A DNA stretch of 64,000 bases from Vicugna vicugna (GCA_013265495.1 MU061814.1:5335684-5399683), one strand, 5' to 3'; counted from the stretch's first letter, positions 38,261 through 51,108 are shown. A program made the numbers and translations. Notes: generated by a model not told the origin, from the sequence alone.

Positions 38261-38751
38261 TGCGAGCGGCGGACGGCTGCGTCCAGCGCGGCTCGGGACC
38301 GTGTCTGAGGACAGGAGACGCGAGGCTTAAGAAACAAAGAGACAAAGTAAAGAGCAAAGATGGGGCCAGGGGACTCGAGAGCTCGTGGATCGAGAGCACC
38401 GGAAGCCTGGTCGGCATCATGTTTATTAGGAGTATACGGCTCAGAAAAGCTTGGGGCGGGGGGCTTTAGATGTTCCCTGCGGCAAGCACTGAGCTCTGCT
38501 TGCGAAGGGGTTGGTTAAATCCAAGCCGATCCCCTCCAGGAACTGTCGCCCTCCCCGGGTATGTAAGATTTATGAGCGCATCGTGTTACTGCCTCCGGGA
38601 CACCGCGCGATAGCAAACATCTCCTCTGGGTCAAACCGCGTGCTTTCACGCCAGAACAAAGTTCTGTCAATGGATGACCCGGCTTTCCAGGACCGTGCAT
38701 CGTGTGCCCTCCCTCGTGCCCTGATGGTCAGTCTCAGGGCAGCTCTCCACA
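38261..38751 (-). mobile_element. Endogenous retrovirus solo LTR (ERVK-like layout; class and left edge uncertain)
   Basis: Minus strand begins TGTGGAGAGCTG, has AATAAA at 38427-38422, a CT-rich U5 (CTTTACTTTGTCTCTTTGTTTCTT) and ends ...CA. No clean TSD found. Confidence 0.7.
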
Positions 38752-40129
38752 GATTGTCTTTAGCGTGGTCCGTGCTGTAGGTCATTTCCTGCGTAAAGCA
38801 TTAAAACAGAGCAAGCATGTGCGTTTGAAGCAAGCAAGTGTGAACATAATATTTTAAGCGCACGGAAGTTTAGGTGCGGCTTGTTTCCCAGCAGCGGACC
38901 CGCCCGCTGGCTCGGTGCCGGCTCGGCCACGCAGGGACCGGGCCCACACAGGGCGGCCGAGGCCCGTGTGCCTGCAAGCGCCCACTGCAAAGCCGTCAGA
39001 AGACTCTTCTCGCCGCAGAGAGAGGGTATTGACGGGAGGAGGGGACAGAGTTAGGCTGAATGAGCCTCGGTCAGTGAAGTCACATCATCACACACCTGGG
39101 ACCGTCCAGACGCAGTGATTAGCGCCCAGGCTGACGGTGGGAGACACATGTTAGCACCACAGGAAGAAAGGACTGGCCTCCAGCGTGGCCAGAGCTGACA
39201 GGTGACCCCAGTTTGCGGGGACTCACGCACCCACCTCAAGGGGGAATGGGGGCCCCGAGTTCCCGCCCACCCCCGCAGCAACTCCCCACAGGTCTGCATT
39301 TGGCTGGGAGGGCAGCCCGGAGATGCCCCCACCTGAGTTCACCCTGTGATTCTGCTGCAGGGGAAAAGCCCCATTTCAGGGATGCCCCATACGTGCTCCA
39401 CAGGGAGTCATTGTGGGTGGGGAGGGGCTGGCAACTCACGGTGGCTCCGGCGGAAATCAGGGTGCTGGTGACCCCAGGCAGATGGACTTGTCCAATGACT
39501 CAGGAAAGCCTCTCTGCGCAGGACATTTCCAGCGAAAAGAGCCTCAGTTGTTGGAGGAAAGACACAAGGAGGACCCTCTGACCCAGGGGGTCATTAGCAG
39601 CAAAGACAGCCACGTGGGGCTCCCAGGGACAGGAGCCGCGCCGCGGCCAGGAGCCGCCCGCACAGCCGAGGGTCCGGGGCACCTCCTCTAGGTGTCACCC
39701 TCGCCGCCTTCTGCCTGCCCTCGCCCCCACATCCTCCTATTCCCAGGCCCCCCCAGGCCCTCCCAACCCTCCACATGTCCATCCCCGCAGGCACCATCCT
39801 AGTACAGGCTGCTTCACGTCTCCCCTGGGCCTGGGGCCTCCCTGGTCCCCCTGCCCCCAGGGCCTGCCCACTGCGCCAGCAGAGCTCTCCCTAAATGCAA
39901 ATGTGCAACCCTTCCTGCTTCACCCCTGCCCCGCTTCCAAGACCAGGAGGAAACTGCCTGCCCTGTGATCTGAACCTGCCCGGGCTCCCCTCCCTTCTCA
40001 GGCCCGTGGGTGCCCCTCAGCCCTCAGGTCTCCACATAGAGGCCCCTCCTCCAGGAAACGGCCCCCTTCCCCCACAGGCTGCACCTCGCGCTCACCTCGG
40101 TGCCGCGTTGGCGCACCTGTCCTGTACAC

Positions 40130-40195
40130 TCAGCTCAGTGCCTGTGCAGGGAGCCCTGCACACAGCAGGTGCTCGGTAAATGCTTATGAAGTTTA
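40130..40195 (+). mobile_element. L2 3'-end fragment
   Basis: CCTGCACACAGCAGGTGCTCGGTAAATGCTTATGAA. Confidence 0.55.
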
Positions 40196-43093
40196 GGCGA
40201 GGAGGGTCGGTGCCTGGTGCAAGCAGCGGATGGAGCGTGGAGGCTGGTGGGCCAGTGGCAGTGGGGATAAGCAGAAGGGAAGGTGCAGCCAGTAAGTGCA
40301 GGAACATTCCAGAAGGGACGCAGAGCCTGTCCGTGCTCAAGTCTGAGGCTCCCCGGCTGTGCGGGGAGGAAGCCGGCTGCCCTGGGCCTGTCTCCAGGGC
40401 CTGAGTCACAGGAGGCCTGCGCAGCGCAGCCTCATTTCTGGAATTGCCTGGGCTGCCCCCAAGTTCCCGCAGGACAGGAAGGGCTAGTGAGCCTTGAGTG
40501 GAGCCGCCGTCCTGGCTCTCAAGACAGCGAGGCCTCCCCGGGCCCGTCAGCCCCCTCTGGCCCTCAGCTCAGGCTGTCACAGCGCGCCAGGCGCCCAGGG
40601 CCCTCCGGTGGGGGAGCAGGCAGGGCGGAACCGGGCTGGGGGCCAGGAGCACGTCTGCCTCGGCCTCGCGAGGCCCCGGGGGTCGGGGCCTTCAAGGTGG
40701 CCCAGCCCACCCCCGCGCTGTAGGCATGAGACAGGCCCAGCATGAGGCGAGGACACACCCTGGTCACGTGGCAAGACCCCAGCCCGGGCTGCTCTGCTCT
40801 TCTCTCCAGTTCTAGAAACAGAGGTCAGCCCACATGGCCCGCCTCTCACGCGTGTGTGGAGAACGGCAAGCCTCGCAGACCCCGTGCCGTTCATAACACG
40901 TGCAGACCGCCCTCTCCTGCAGAGGCCCCTGCGCGGCCGGACAAGAGCGGAGAGGAGCGCCGCTGGCCGCGCTGAGGCCCGCGGTCTCGGGACAGGGGAC
41001 GGATGGTCTTGAATAGATCCGGTCACTGGGGAGTGGGTTTGGGAGACGCGGGGCAGCCACCAGCGTGCCCTCTTTACTGATTGACTTTGTCTGAGAGAGA
41101 AGGGCAGCCTGGCCCCCCTCACTGGCGGGGGCTGAGCGGGGGCGGTCGTGCAGGACCCGCCCTCTCTCTAAGGCACACTTGCCCATAAGCACAGCCATTC
41201 TGGGCGGAAGCCCCAGGAGGCCCAGCCGGAGGAGCACCAAGTGTCACTTTCCAGGCTCAGCCTAGAGCACAGGGTCCCCTCCAAACACAGGGGCTGGTCA
41301 GCCTGGGAAGAAACTAGAGCCAAACGCTGGCCGAGCGGAATGAGTCCCATCCTGCTTGGGGGCCTGGGGCACAAGGGTGGCCGCTCCCAGCCCCCTTCCC
41401 TCTCACCGGCCGCTTGGCTCTGGGCCAGCCGTAATCAGATTCGCCTAAAGCAGGCAAGGAGCTCTAAGTCTGTGTCCAGAGCCAGAGGTCCTCAGGAGCA
41501 CGGGGACCACCTGCCAATGGACGGCCATTTGAAATCGGCAGGGAACAGGATATTTGCTTAGCTGCCCACACGACATGGCAAGAAAACGCTGAAAATTGTG
41601 GGGCTGGAGATTCATCTTCCAGGGGTGACAGGAACATGCGATGGGGCTGCCCCCTGCCACCCCTGGAGGTGCGGGACAGGCCCCCGGACTTCAAGCTGTG
41701 GCCGGGGGCACAGTTCTTTTCCAAGCACTTTCTGAATCGCAGTCAACACTGGCTTAGACCTCTCGATCCCAAAGCATGTGGGGTCCAGTCTTGCAAGTCT
41801 CACTCTGGGGTACGGCAGGGATTCGCACAGTTCCCTGGAAATCCACACCCAATCCGCGGCCCTGGGGCCCTTGATTAAGACCAGGTCCCCAGGTTTACCT
41901 GGCACGGAGCAGAGAACATTCTTTGATGGCTTGAATTCCGGGGCACAGGCAGAGCCTCCAGAACCCTGTGGTGAGTCGGCACCAGTTTTAATCCTGACTC
42001 AAATCAGCACCTACATGTTAGAAAAACAGAAACAGGAGTTGGCGACCTGACCACACGGGCTCAGGTTTGGACAGTGGGATAAGCAGTGGCCAGTTCCTAC
42101 CAACCCGAAGCTGCCCTGCAAGGCAGGCTTGGCCACAAGCAAGAAGGCAGCCACTGTCGCCATGTGAGGGGCAGTTGGGGTGAGAACTGGGGGCATCACC
42201 TGCGGGCTGTGGTCTCCACGCTAGGTGACCACTCAGGGGGCTTCCTGCCCCAATTCTACGGGGCCAGAGGTGGGGCCCATGCCCGGGATCGGACTTCCGC
42301 CCCCATCCTGTGCCTGTCCTTGCCAAGGGTTTTTAAAACCCCATTTATTGTGACTGAGCAGATGTCCCACTGATTTGAAAGTTCTCATGGGCTTTTTAGC
42401 CAGAAGATACTTGGAAACACGGCAAACAGGCCTTCAGCCCATACCCTGAGGCTTCTGTGCCGCACAGATGGCTTCAGTGCAGTTCTGAGAGGGGCTGGCA
42501 CGCCTGAAACATGACTCACCACCCCAGTTGCCGTGCCCAGGGCAGTTAACTAGCCCTCCACCTCCAGCTCACGCCGAGGTCAGGCCCCCCGCACTTGCCC
42601 TGTGTGCTGCCGAGGGGAGGGGTCACATCCTGTCCCTCGAGGAGGACGGCAACCCCAGCACAGGTGGAGGGGCAGGCGCGTTGGGAAGGCCATTTCCCTA
42701 ATCCAATTGAGGGTCTCCCAGCAGCCTGGCTGGTGCCAGGGCTGCAGCAGAGCCGGGAGCAGACAGGATGTGGCTGCGGGGACTGGGGGGGGGGCTTCTG
42801 TTTCACCAAGTTCATGCTCAGACTGCGGCCTCTGTGGCTCCAGCAGGGAAGAGGCTCCCGCGTACAGGGCTGCTGGCTGCACGGGCAGTGGGGCTGTGGG
42901 CAGGGTCCTCCTGCTGAGGCTACAAGCTGCTCACCTGCCCCTCATCAGAGGACAAGAGGGGTCTGGGGAAGAATGGAGTATTCATGATGGCCCCTGCCCC
43001 CACCTGACTGGGGGGGTCCCCACCCCACTCCCCAACCCCCGTTCTTCCCGAGCCCAGGCCCTCTCCCCATAGGGGCAGCCCTTCCCTTCGCCG

Positions 43094-43114
43094 GATACTG
43101 TCCGTGGTGCTGAA
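43094..43114 (-). promoter_or_regulatory. RE1/NRSE (REST-binding) element
   Basis: Minus strand reads TTCAGCACCACGGACAGTATC versus consensus TTCAGCACCACGGACAGCGCC: first 17 nt exact, 18/21 overall, canonical 2-nt spacer. Confidence 0.9.
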
Positions 43115-46100
43115 CTCCAGGCGCCCTGGGGCTCGCGGCTTCTCTCCACCCTGAAAGTCCCTGGTCCGTCCTCTCCCAGAAATTCCAAGCCAGAAGAGGA
43201 GCTCGGGGACCGGGGGGGGCAGAAGGGAGATCAAAAGAAGGAGAGCGAGATGGACAGACGTTCGGTCTTGGGAGATCACCAAGGAGTCGTGGCCTTTGGA
43301 TTAGAAGTCGTTCTCATGAATTTGCAGTCACCCAAAGTGCCCCCTCTGGGAAGCTGTGGGTGGGGCACGCACCCACCGAAGCTTCACCGGTGAGGACAAG
43401 GTCCCCCTGCTCTCGCCCACGGTCAGCGGGTGCCCCACTCGTCTGCTGTCTGCTCGCAGAGCGGCCTCACGACATGGGAAGCGGGTGCCGGGCTGTGGTC
43501 AGACCGGATCTGGACTTTTCCCCCTGTAGAGCGAGAACAGCCACTACGTCATAGATCTGACGCAGGGATTCCATGAGGTGACAAGTGCAGAGCGCTGCCC
43601 GCAGAACGTGCTCTGCCAAGAGTCAGCTAAAGTTGCGTCAACTAGAGAGTGGAAGTTAGGGGGACTTAAAATGCCCTTTTCCGTATTGAGCCAAGACCCA
43701 GCACTAACGCCACCTAATGGTGGGATGGGCTGCGTTGTGAGGAGCGGAGACTGTGTCCCAGGGCAGCAGGCTGGGCCCCCAGCTGCACACAGTCCATGGA
43801 GCCCCCTCCCCGTGGTGACCTTGCAGGCGCTAAGGTGACTCACGAGGTGCCTCAGAAATGCAGGCAGTTCTGGGGGAAGTTTGGGGCCCCTCCCGGAGGC
43901 ACACGCTGGGTGGGCTTCTCCGCACATGCTCGGGTCTGCAGTCAGGGCTGACCCACAGCCCCCGGGGCCCTCGACGCTGGTCTGTCCTCTTTCCCAGGTG
44001 CCTGTCCGCCCTGGACCATGTGTACCCTGCTGGGTGGCCGAGCTTTGAATGCTAGACCCCAGCAGCATCCAGAGGGTTGAGGTTCTCATGAGATGGGGGT
44101 GCTGGAGGACAGAGGGTCCTCCGGACGATGTCAGCCCTGGGGAATTCTGGGACCTGTCACCTTGAAGGGCCTTTCCTGCCTCCCAGCCCTGGTGTTCCAC
44201 CTCTGAAACGAGGGTGGATGCACTGAGCTCTGGTCCCAGGGCGGCAGGGTGGGGCACGTGGCCCTCCTGTAACCGTGGGGGCAGGGACTTGGGCACTTGT
44301 CAGAGGACGCACATGTGTTCCATCCAGGTGCTCTGGCTTCAGGAGGACGCGCCAGTAGCCTCCCAGCCCCCCAGCCTCTCCCTGAGTCGGCCTGTGCCGG
44401 CCTCAGCTAGGCTTCTCTTCAGAGGGCCACCCTGGGCATAGAGCTGTCTCCTCGCTTCACGGACCTGCCAGCTGCTCTCTGCTTGTTCTTTTCACTAGAC
44501 CATGACCTTGGCCTGCCTTTCGGTCATTCTCCATGTGTGGATGCGTCGTAACTTATAAACCAGCCCGAGGGGTGAGTGTCAGAGCCGTTACTGGAGTTCT
44601 GCTTTTTGAGCAAGTCTGCAAAGAGTGACGGTGACACTCAGGGGCTCTGGAGTGACTCACATTGCTGCTCTGTCACCAGTAGTGGCCAGGAGGGAGAGGG
44701 CTTTTCAGCTGGGGGTTAGAGGGAGGTGGCCCCTAAGGCCTGGGCCTGGCTGGGGTTGGTGGTCTTCTGGGGGGCCTGGCCAGCGGGGTTGTCCCAGTGG
44801 CTCCACAGGGGAGAGTTTGGACAGGAAGCCCCTCCTCTCCGCTACCCCCGCCCCCGGAAGCCTCTGGAGCTACTGTATAAGCCTCTGGGTTTTGCGAACA
44901 CCCTGAGCGGTGTTTTGATATTTTGCACCTTCCCACTCACCGGGGGCTGATTGTTGAGCCGAGATGCTCAGCGAGCCCGGGGGCCGTCTCTTCTCTTAAA
45001 CACAATGGGATCAATTAGAGAGACAGGCCAGTACAAAACAAGCGATCGCTCCTCAGAGGAAGGGTAGATGGGACGACAGCCGTGAAGGAAGGAGGCGGCA
45101 GAGCGTTATCCAGGCATGAGGACCCCCACCCCCGGCTGCGGGCCGGGGCTGGGCCAGCTGTGTGCATCCCACTGGCACCCACACCTGTCTGCAGACACAG
45201 TCGAGGCCAGCCCTCCCTCCCAGGCACACCTGTGTCCCTGTCCACTCTTTTTGTTGTTCAATCATTTCACTTTCTCTCGTTCGAAACATTACAAATACTG
45301 GAGGGCAGAGACCAGGCCCTGAGTCTCCAGCAGGACTGGCCACTGGCAGTGCCCTCAGAGCACCACCCCAGCTCCCAGGCCGAAGTACTGATCCTGTGTG
45401 CCAGCGGGCATGAACCCTTCTGTCAGCACCATCATCGTCCCCCTGTTAGTGATGAGAACGCTGAGGCCGACAGGCCCCTCTGGAACTGCCTGAGGGCACA
45501 GCTGGTCAGCAGACAGGCCAGGGCTCCCGTCTGTGTGAAGCCAAAGTCCCCAGCCCCCAGGCGCTAAAAGCCCCAGGTTCCTCAACCCACAGACACCCTC
45601 ACCCCCAGGTTCCCCAACCCCAGGCATCCTGGAACTTCCTGGTGGTCCTACCCATCTCAGAAGTTTTCAGCTCAGGTCAGGGAGTGGGAGGGAGGCAGGG
45701 AGGCATCTAAACATGTCACCTGGCCCTCAGAAGACCTATCCTCCCCCAGGCAGGCTGCCTGGTACGGTCAGACCTTGCCGAGTGGTCAGTCCAGACAGAG
45801 ATGGAGCATGCCTGGCCACTGTCTCAGGGACAGAAAGATGGGCTCTGAGGTGAGATCTGTATCTGCCCAATGCCAGGACCTGGATTCTCGAGGCTCCAGC
45901 TCTGGGATCTGTGTCCCCCTGGGCAACCTGGGGCCCAGGGCCGGGTCCCTGCCCTCGACATCCTACAGTCTGAGTGAATGAGACAGGAGGGCCCAGGGTC
46001 ATAGTTACAGGTATGTTTGGAGGGCAAGGAGGGACAGGAATTCCTCCCAGGATAGAAAGAATTTATTTTTTTCCATCAATTAGTTTTATAGCAAACATTT

Positions 46101-46234
46101 ACAGCAATGCCTAAGCCACTTCATCTTTTAAATTCCAACATACATAGTGAAAAGCAAAAGTTCTATGATTTCTTCTAGCAGTCTTAGAGCTTTTATTTCT
46201 ATGTTTTCATCTTTGCTCCATTTTTTTAGTGTGA

Positions 46235-46530
46235 GATCTCTGTGAGTTAGGGGTAAAAGTTCCAGGAACTCACTCAGATTGCCTTAAGGGGAATAAAGGA
46301 ATATTTATTTTGCTCAAGAAAAACTTCAAGTCTAGGAGTGATGGCTGCAGGCATAGCTGGATCCAGGAGCTCGAATGATGTCATCAGGGAGCTGTCCTTT
46401 AGGCTGTGCTGGCTCCATTATTAAGCAGGCCCTTGGGAAAATGGCACTAATGGACACGGAAACAGTTTTCCAGCTCAGCGGCACCCTCCCCCCTTCCAAA
46501 GGTGGTTCTCTTTCCTGGGGCTGACCCTCA
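46235..46530 (-). mobile_element. Old MLT1 LTR fragment
   Basis: GCAGGCATAGCTGGATCCAGGAGCTCGAATGATGTCATCAGG matches the old MLT1 core. Confidence 0.7.
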
Positions 46531-46789
46531 CACGACAAACATGATTGGTGCAGGGTTGAACACGTGGCCGGCATTTGTCCAATGAGAGCCCACTTGGGCC
46601 TTTTGGAATGTGCTCATTGGCCAGGTCTGCAAGGGGGCGGACAGTCCCGGGGAAGCGCAAGGGAGGTCCTGGGAAGGGGCGGTGGGTGCTGGGCGCACAG
46701 AGACAGCAGGTCCTGAGTGTCCAGGCCCCGGGCTGTGCCGGCCGTCGCCCACCTTCTCCCGCTGGCTCAGACGCCACCCCTACCACGTT

Positions 46790-47010
46790 CCGCGTTTGCC
46801 TCATCGGGAGCGATTTCTGGCCTCTCTCCTGCTCCTCTGATTTCTTCGTGCCAAACTGTTCTCATTAACGTCTTTCTGGTAGCTGGTAAGGCCGATGCCA
46901 CCCCGTCCCCTACTGACCTGTCACCCTTCCTTTCCAGAAGTTTCCTGGCTAGTCTTAGATTGTTTTTTTCCACTTGAATTTTAGAGTCAGCCTGTCTGTT
47001 CACAAGTGTT
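46790..47010 (-). mobile_element. Short LINE-1 ORF2 fragment
   Basis: ATTTCTGGCCTCTCTCCTGCTCC and TGAATTTTTAGAGTCAGCCTGTC match L1 antisense anchors. Confidence 0.6.
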
Positions 47011-49188
47011 CTCACCTGTAACTGGAGCAGACGCACAGAGGCAGCACAGCTAGTCCGTGTCCACGTGTCTATGTCCCAGGAGGGCCGTGGCTGCCCTCCT
47101 AACCCTTCTGTCTCTCCTGCGACGACACTTGCCGTGTCTCCTGGGGACTTTGTGCAGGGGTGGGCTCCTCCCCTGTTCCCAGAAGCAGGGGGCAGAGAGC
47201 GGAAAGAGGGCACAGGCTCCCTCCTCCGAGCTGTGAGCCTTGGCGAGAGAAGGCGGACCCCAGGAGAGGGGTGGGCCCCTGGCACCCCTACAGTCCAGAT
47301 TCACTCCTCGTCTCCAGGCCAGAAGGCACAGGGTGACCAAGGGAAGTCACCCCCACTCTGGAAGCCAGTGCTGGCCCGAGCCTCTTCGGGGGGCCGTCTC
47401 CCTGCTCTGGGACCACAGGATCCCGGGCCTGGACTTCTAACTGGAGGAGCCACTGGGGGCCTCAGACCGGACCCCACAACCTGCCAGCCTGGTCCACTGC
47501 TCACGGCCCCCAGAGGTGGCTGTTTTGCTGCCCGTGCACGGCGAAGTATGGTATTTCAAATGTTTTGACATTTAAAGTCTGTGTTGGAGACACTCGTTCT
47601 GTTTAAATTATATCCAGCAGTGGTGACTCACAAGGAATCAGTTTGTCTCCTGGGCCGGGGCCCGGCGTCCCCTGCACCCCTGCCCAGCCCCTGGCCCAGA
47701 GCTGCCCCTCGGCCGCGCCAGCCCCTCAGTGTCCCTCGGAAGGTGGACTCCAAGCGGGGAGTGGAGAAACCGAGGAAGGTGGGGTGGGCCCCCGTCTCTG
47801 GACCTGTAGACACAGGAGAGAAGGGTGCCTGGCAGAGATGCTCCCGGGACCCAGTAGGGTCCCAGCTGTGGAAAAGGCCCCACTCGAGGGCCCGGCGGCC
47901 CATCTCCGGAGTGTTTGTCCTCTAGTTCAGCGGAGTCTTTTTCAAAGGGAGCTGCCGGCAACCCCAGCCGCTCTCTCCCGGAGGCCTGGCGTCCTCCCAA
48001 GCGGGCTCTGGAGCGCCACAGGGCGGGCAGGATCTGCGGAGGCCTCGGCCAGCGCCCCAGAGAGAGCGGGTGTGAGCTGCTGGACAGACACCTGACCTCA
48101 GGGGGTCCGGGGAGCAAACCCACCCACCTGCCAGAACCTCCGGCCCTTCTTGGCTGCCTTGTCCTCCATGGCCGCTGCCCGTATTAGCAGGACCCAGCTG
48201 GACTGTCCTCACCCTGGTGAGACCATCACAGCTGTACCATCGAGGGGGCCTCCGCGCAGGACCCGCAGCTCTGCTCTCAGGGCAGCAGGCAAGCCCGGGG
48301 GAGGAGGCATCGCGAGGAGTCAGCGTAGGGCCCAGGGAGCCCCCAGGGCAGCACCTGAGACCTTGTAAGGAACCGCAGCTGCCAGGCCAGGCCAGCGCAG
48401 GTGTCTGCCCAGGAGCAGCCTAAAGCCTCCTCCAGTCTGAAGTTCAGAGAGTGTCAAGGGCAGCGCGGCAGGGACAGAGAAGCTCCGGGCCGCGGCAGGA
48501 AGCCTCAGGCTGTGAGCGCCTGAAAGCACAGGCCTCGGAATACGCGGTGAGGACCCGCGTGCCCAGCAGACGCCGCGAGGCTGTTATCACACGGCCTGTC
48601 CTGAGCCGCGGCGCCAGCTGGAGGAGGCCGTGGCCGCTCAGGCTGAGCACAAAGGGCCAGGCTCTGGCTCAAGTCCAGGTCCAGCCATCTCTGAGCCGGT
48701 GACTTTGGCAGGCCCCACAGTGCCCCGAGACTCAGCTTCCCTGGAGGCAGACTGCTGCCCCAGCTAGAGGTGCCAAAGGGAAGCACTTTTCAACGCTCTG
48801 AGAGGCTGTGCCGTGAGGTGGGGCGGGGGAAGGGGCTTCCCTTTGACTCCTAACTGTCCGCGTGCGGGGTGAGGGATGCTGGCCCGGCCTGGCGGTCCTG
48901 GAGAGCAGTCAGGTGGAGCCACATCCACATCCAGACCTGGGAACATGGAGCCCCAGCCCTTCACTGCAGCCAGGACGCCTCAAGGTCTCTCTCCACCCCA
49001 TCTACAGGCTGGACCCCGCACCCAGGGGCTCCCCAAGGTGGCGGAGAGTCTGCGAACCTCCTCAGAGCTAGGGTGGGAGAGCAGGCAGAGAGTCGGTCGG
49101 GTGATGGGCGGGCCAAACGCCACCCACACTCCAGGCCCTCGACCCCCGCTGGCAAGTGTCCGATGCGCCCTTCCCCGTCCCTCTGCAG

Positions 49189-49390
49189 ATCAACACCTTC
49201 ATGTCCTTCATCTTCCCCATGGTGGTCATCTCCATCTTGAACACCATCATCGCCAACAAGCTGACTGTGATGGTCCGCCAGGCGGCCGAGCAGGGCCGGG
49301 TGTGCACGGCTGGGGACCAGCACAGCAACTTCAGCATGTCCATCGAGCCCGGCAGGGCCCAGGCCCTGCGGCACGGCGTCCAGGTCTTAC
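49189..49390 (+). CDS. NTSR1: NTSR1 coding exon 2 (TM5, ICL3; 202 nt)
   Basis: Acceptor ccccgtccctctgcAG. Translates [36 protein letters not shown]...[10 protein letters not shown]. Donor C|GTACGT (phase 1). Confidence 0.99.
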
Positions 49391-49544
49391 GTACGTAACA
49401 GCTGGGCCCCACAGGGGTGGGTGGTGGCCAGGGGCCGGCAACGCAGTGAGCTCCCCACCAACAAACCAGGGAGGCTTAGAGATCCGGGTAGTGGAGCATG
49501 TCGGGGCCAAGGCCACTAGACCGCGAGTCCCCTCCCCACCGCCA

Positions 49545-50985
49545 GCCCCTGGTAACCATCGTTCTACTTCCTGAGCCTACGAATTTGACAACGCTCAGTG
49601 CCGACTGTAGGCGGAATCCCACGGTATTTGTGCTGTTTCTGACTGTTATTCACGTGAGTAACAACGTCCTCAAGTCTCATCCATGCGGTCGCAGGTGTCA
49701 GGATGCCCTTCCTTTTCAAGACTGAATAGCATTCCACGGTAGGGAGGGGCCGCGTTTTGTTTCTCCATCATCCGCCGGTGGACGCCTGGGCTGCGTCCAC
49801 CGTGTGGCCTCTGTGCCAGGAGCTGCTGTGCTGAGGCGCTGGAGCCCGTCTGCGCTCCGGCTTTCTGTTCTTTGGGGGCATTTGCCCGGGAGTAGAGTTG
49901 CTGAATCATATGCTAATTCCATTTTTGACTTTTTGAATTAAAAAATATTTTTAAACAGCCACACAGTTTTCTGAAGTGGCTGCACCATTTTACATTCCCA
50001 CCAACAGTGCACAAGTGTTCCAGTGTTTCCATGCCTTCCCCCAAATTGCTGTTTTCTGTTCTGCTTTTGTTCTCTTGGCGGTTGCCTTCCTACTGTGTGC
50101 GAGGCGGTATCCTGCTGCAGCTTTGACTGGCCTTTCCCTGGTGATCAGCCACGCCGAGCACCTTTTCAGGGGCTTTTAGGCCATTCGCAGATCTTCAGAG
50201 AAACGACTGCTCATTGCCCACTTTTGAACAGGGCTGTTGCTTTTTGTTGCTGCGTTTAGCGCACTGCCAACCCAGGATGCTAACCCCTTGTCTGAGATGT
50301 GATGCGAATGTACTGCCTTTTCAGTCTGTTAACTGTGTCCTTTAATACACGGGTTCTCATTTTCGTGCAGCCCAGATTATTTACTTGTTCTTTCATCTGT
50401 ACGTTTGGTGCACTAAGAAGTCACTTTCAAATTAAATATTGTGAAAATTTTGTGCTGTGTTTTCTTCTGAGTGTTTCATATGCTTAGCTATTATGTCTGG
50501 ATCTTCGATCCATTTTGAGTTCATTTTTGCACATGGTGTGAGGTAAGGGTCCAGCTCCATTCTTTTGCTTGTCAGTGTCCGGTTTTCCTAGCACATTTGT
50601 TGAAAAGACAGCCTTCCCCAGTGAATGGCCTTGGTGTCCTGCAGGAGGTCATCTGACCATATGTGTCAGGGCGTCATTCCAGGTCCTCTGTTCTAGACCG
50701 TTGGTCTGCATGTCTGTCCTGATGCCAGCACCGCACTGTTTTGATGACTGTAGCTTTGTGGTAGGTTTGAAGTCGGGAGGTGTGATTCCTCCAGCTTTGT
50801 TCTTCTTTCTCAAGATGTTTTGGCTGTTCAGGGTCCCTTGAGATTCCAAGTGAATTCTCCTACTTCTGCCCAAGATGTCATCAGCATTTCAATCGATGTT
50901 GCATTGAATCCGTAGATCGCTTTGGGCAGCCTTGTCATCCTAACAGGATTAAGTCTTTCAACCCATGGACACGGGACGTGTCCGT
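49545..50985 (-). mobile_element. LINE-1 3' fragment filling most of NTSR1 intron 2
   Basis: CCCTGGTAACCATCGTTCTAC (L1 3' end). Minus ORF 50649-50873 [17 protein letters not shown] matches L1 ORF2 [14 protein letters not shown]. Confidence 0.92.
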
Positions 50986-51017
50986 CCACCTCCCTGAGGC
51001 CCGTGTCTGTGTCGCAG

Positions 51018-51108
51018 GTGCCGTGGTCATCGCCTTCGTGGTCTGCTGGCTGCCTTACCACGTGCGGCGCCTTATGTTCTGCTACATCTCGGACGAGCAG
51101 TGGACCCC
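51018..51108 (+). CDS. NTSR1: NTSR1 coding exon 3 (TM6, ECL3; 91 nt), with non-canonical TT donor
   Basis: Acceptor gtctgtgtcgcAG. Translates (R)[29 protein letters not shown](P), including the CWxP motif. The 91-nt length restores frame to exon 4, but the following bases are TTGAGT rather than GTGAGT. Confidence 0.95.
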
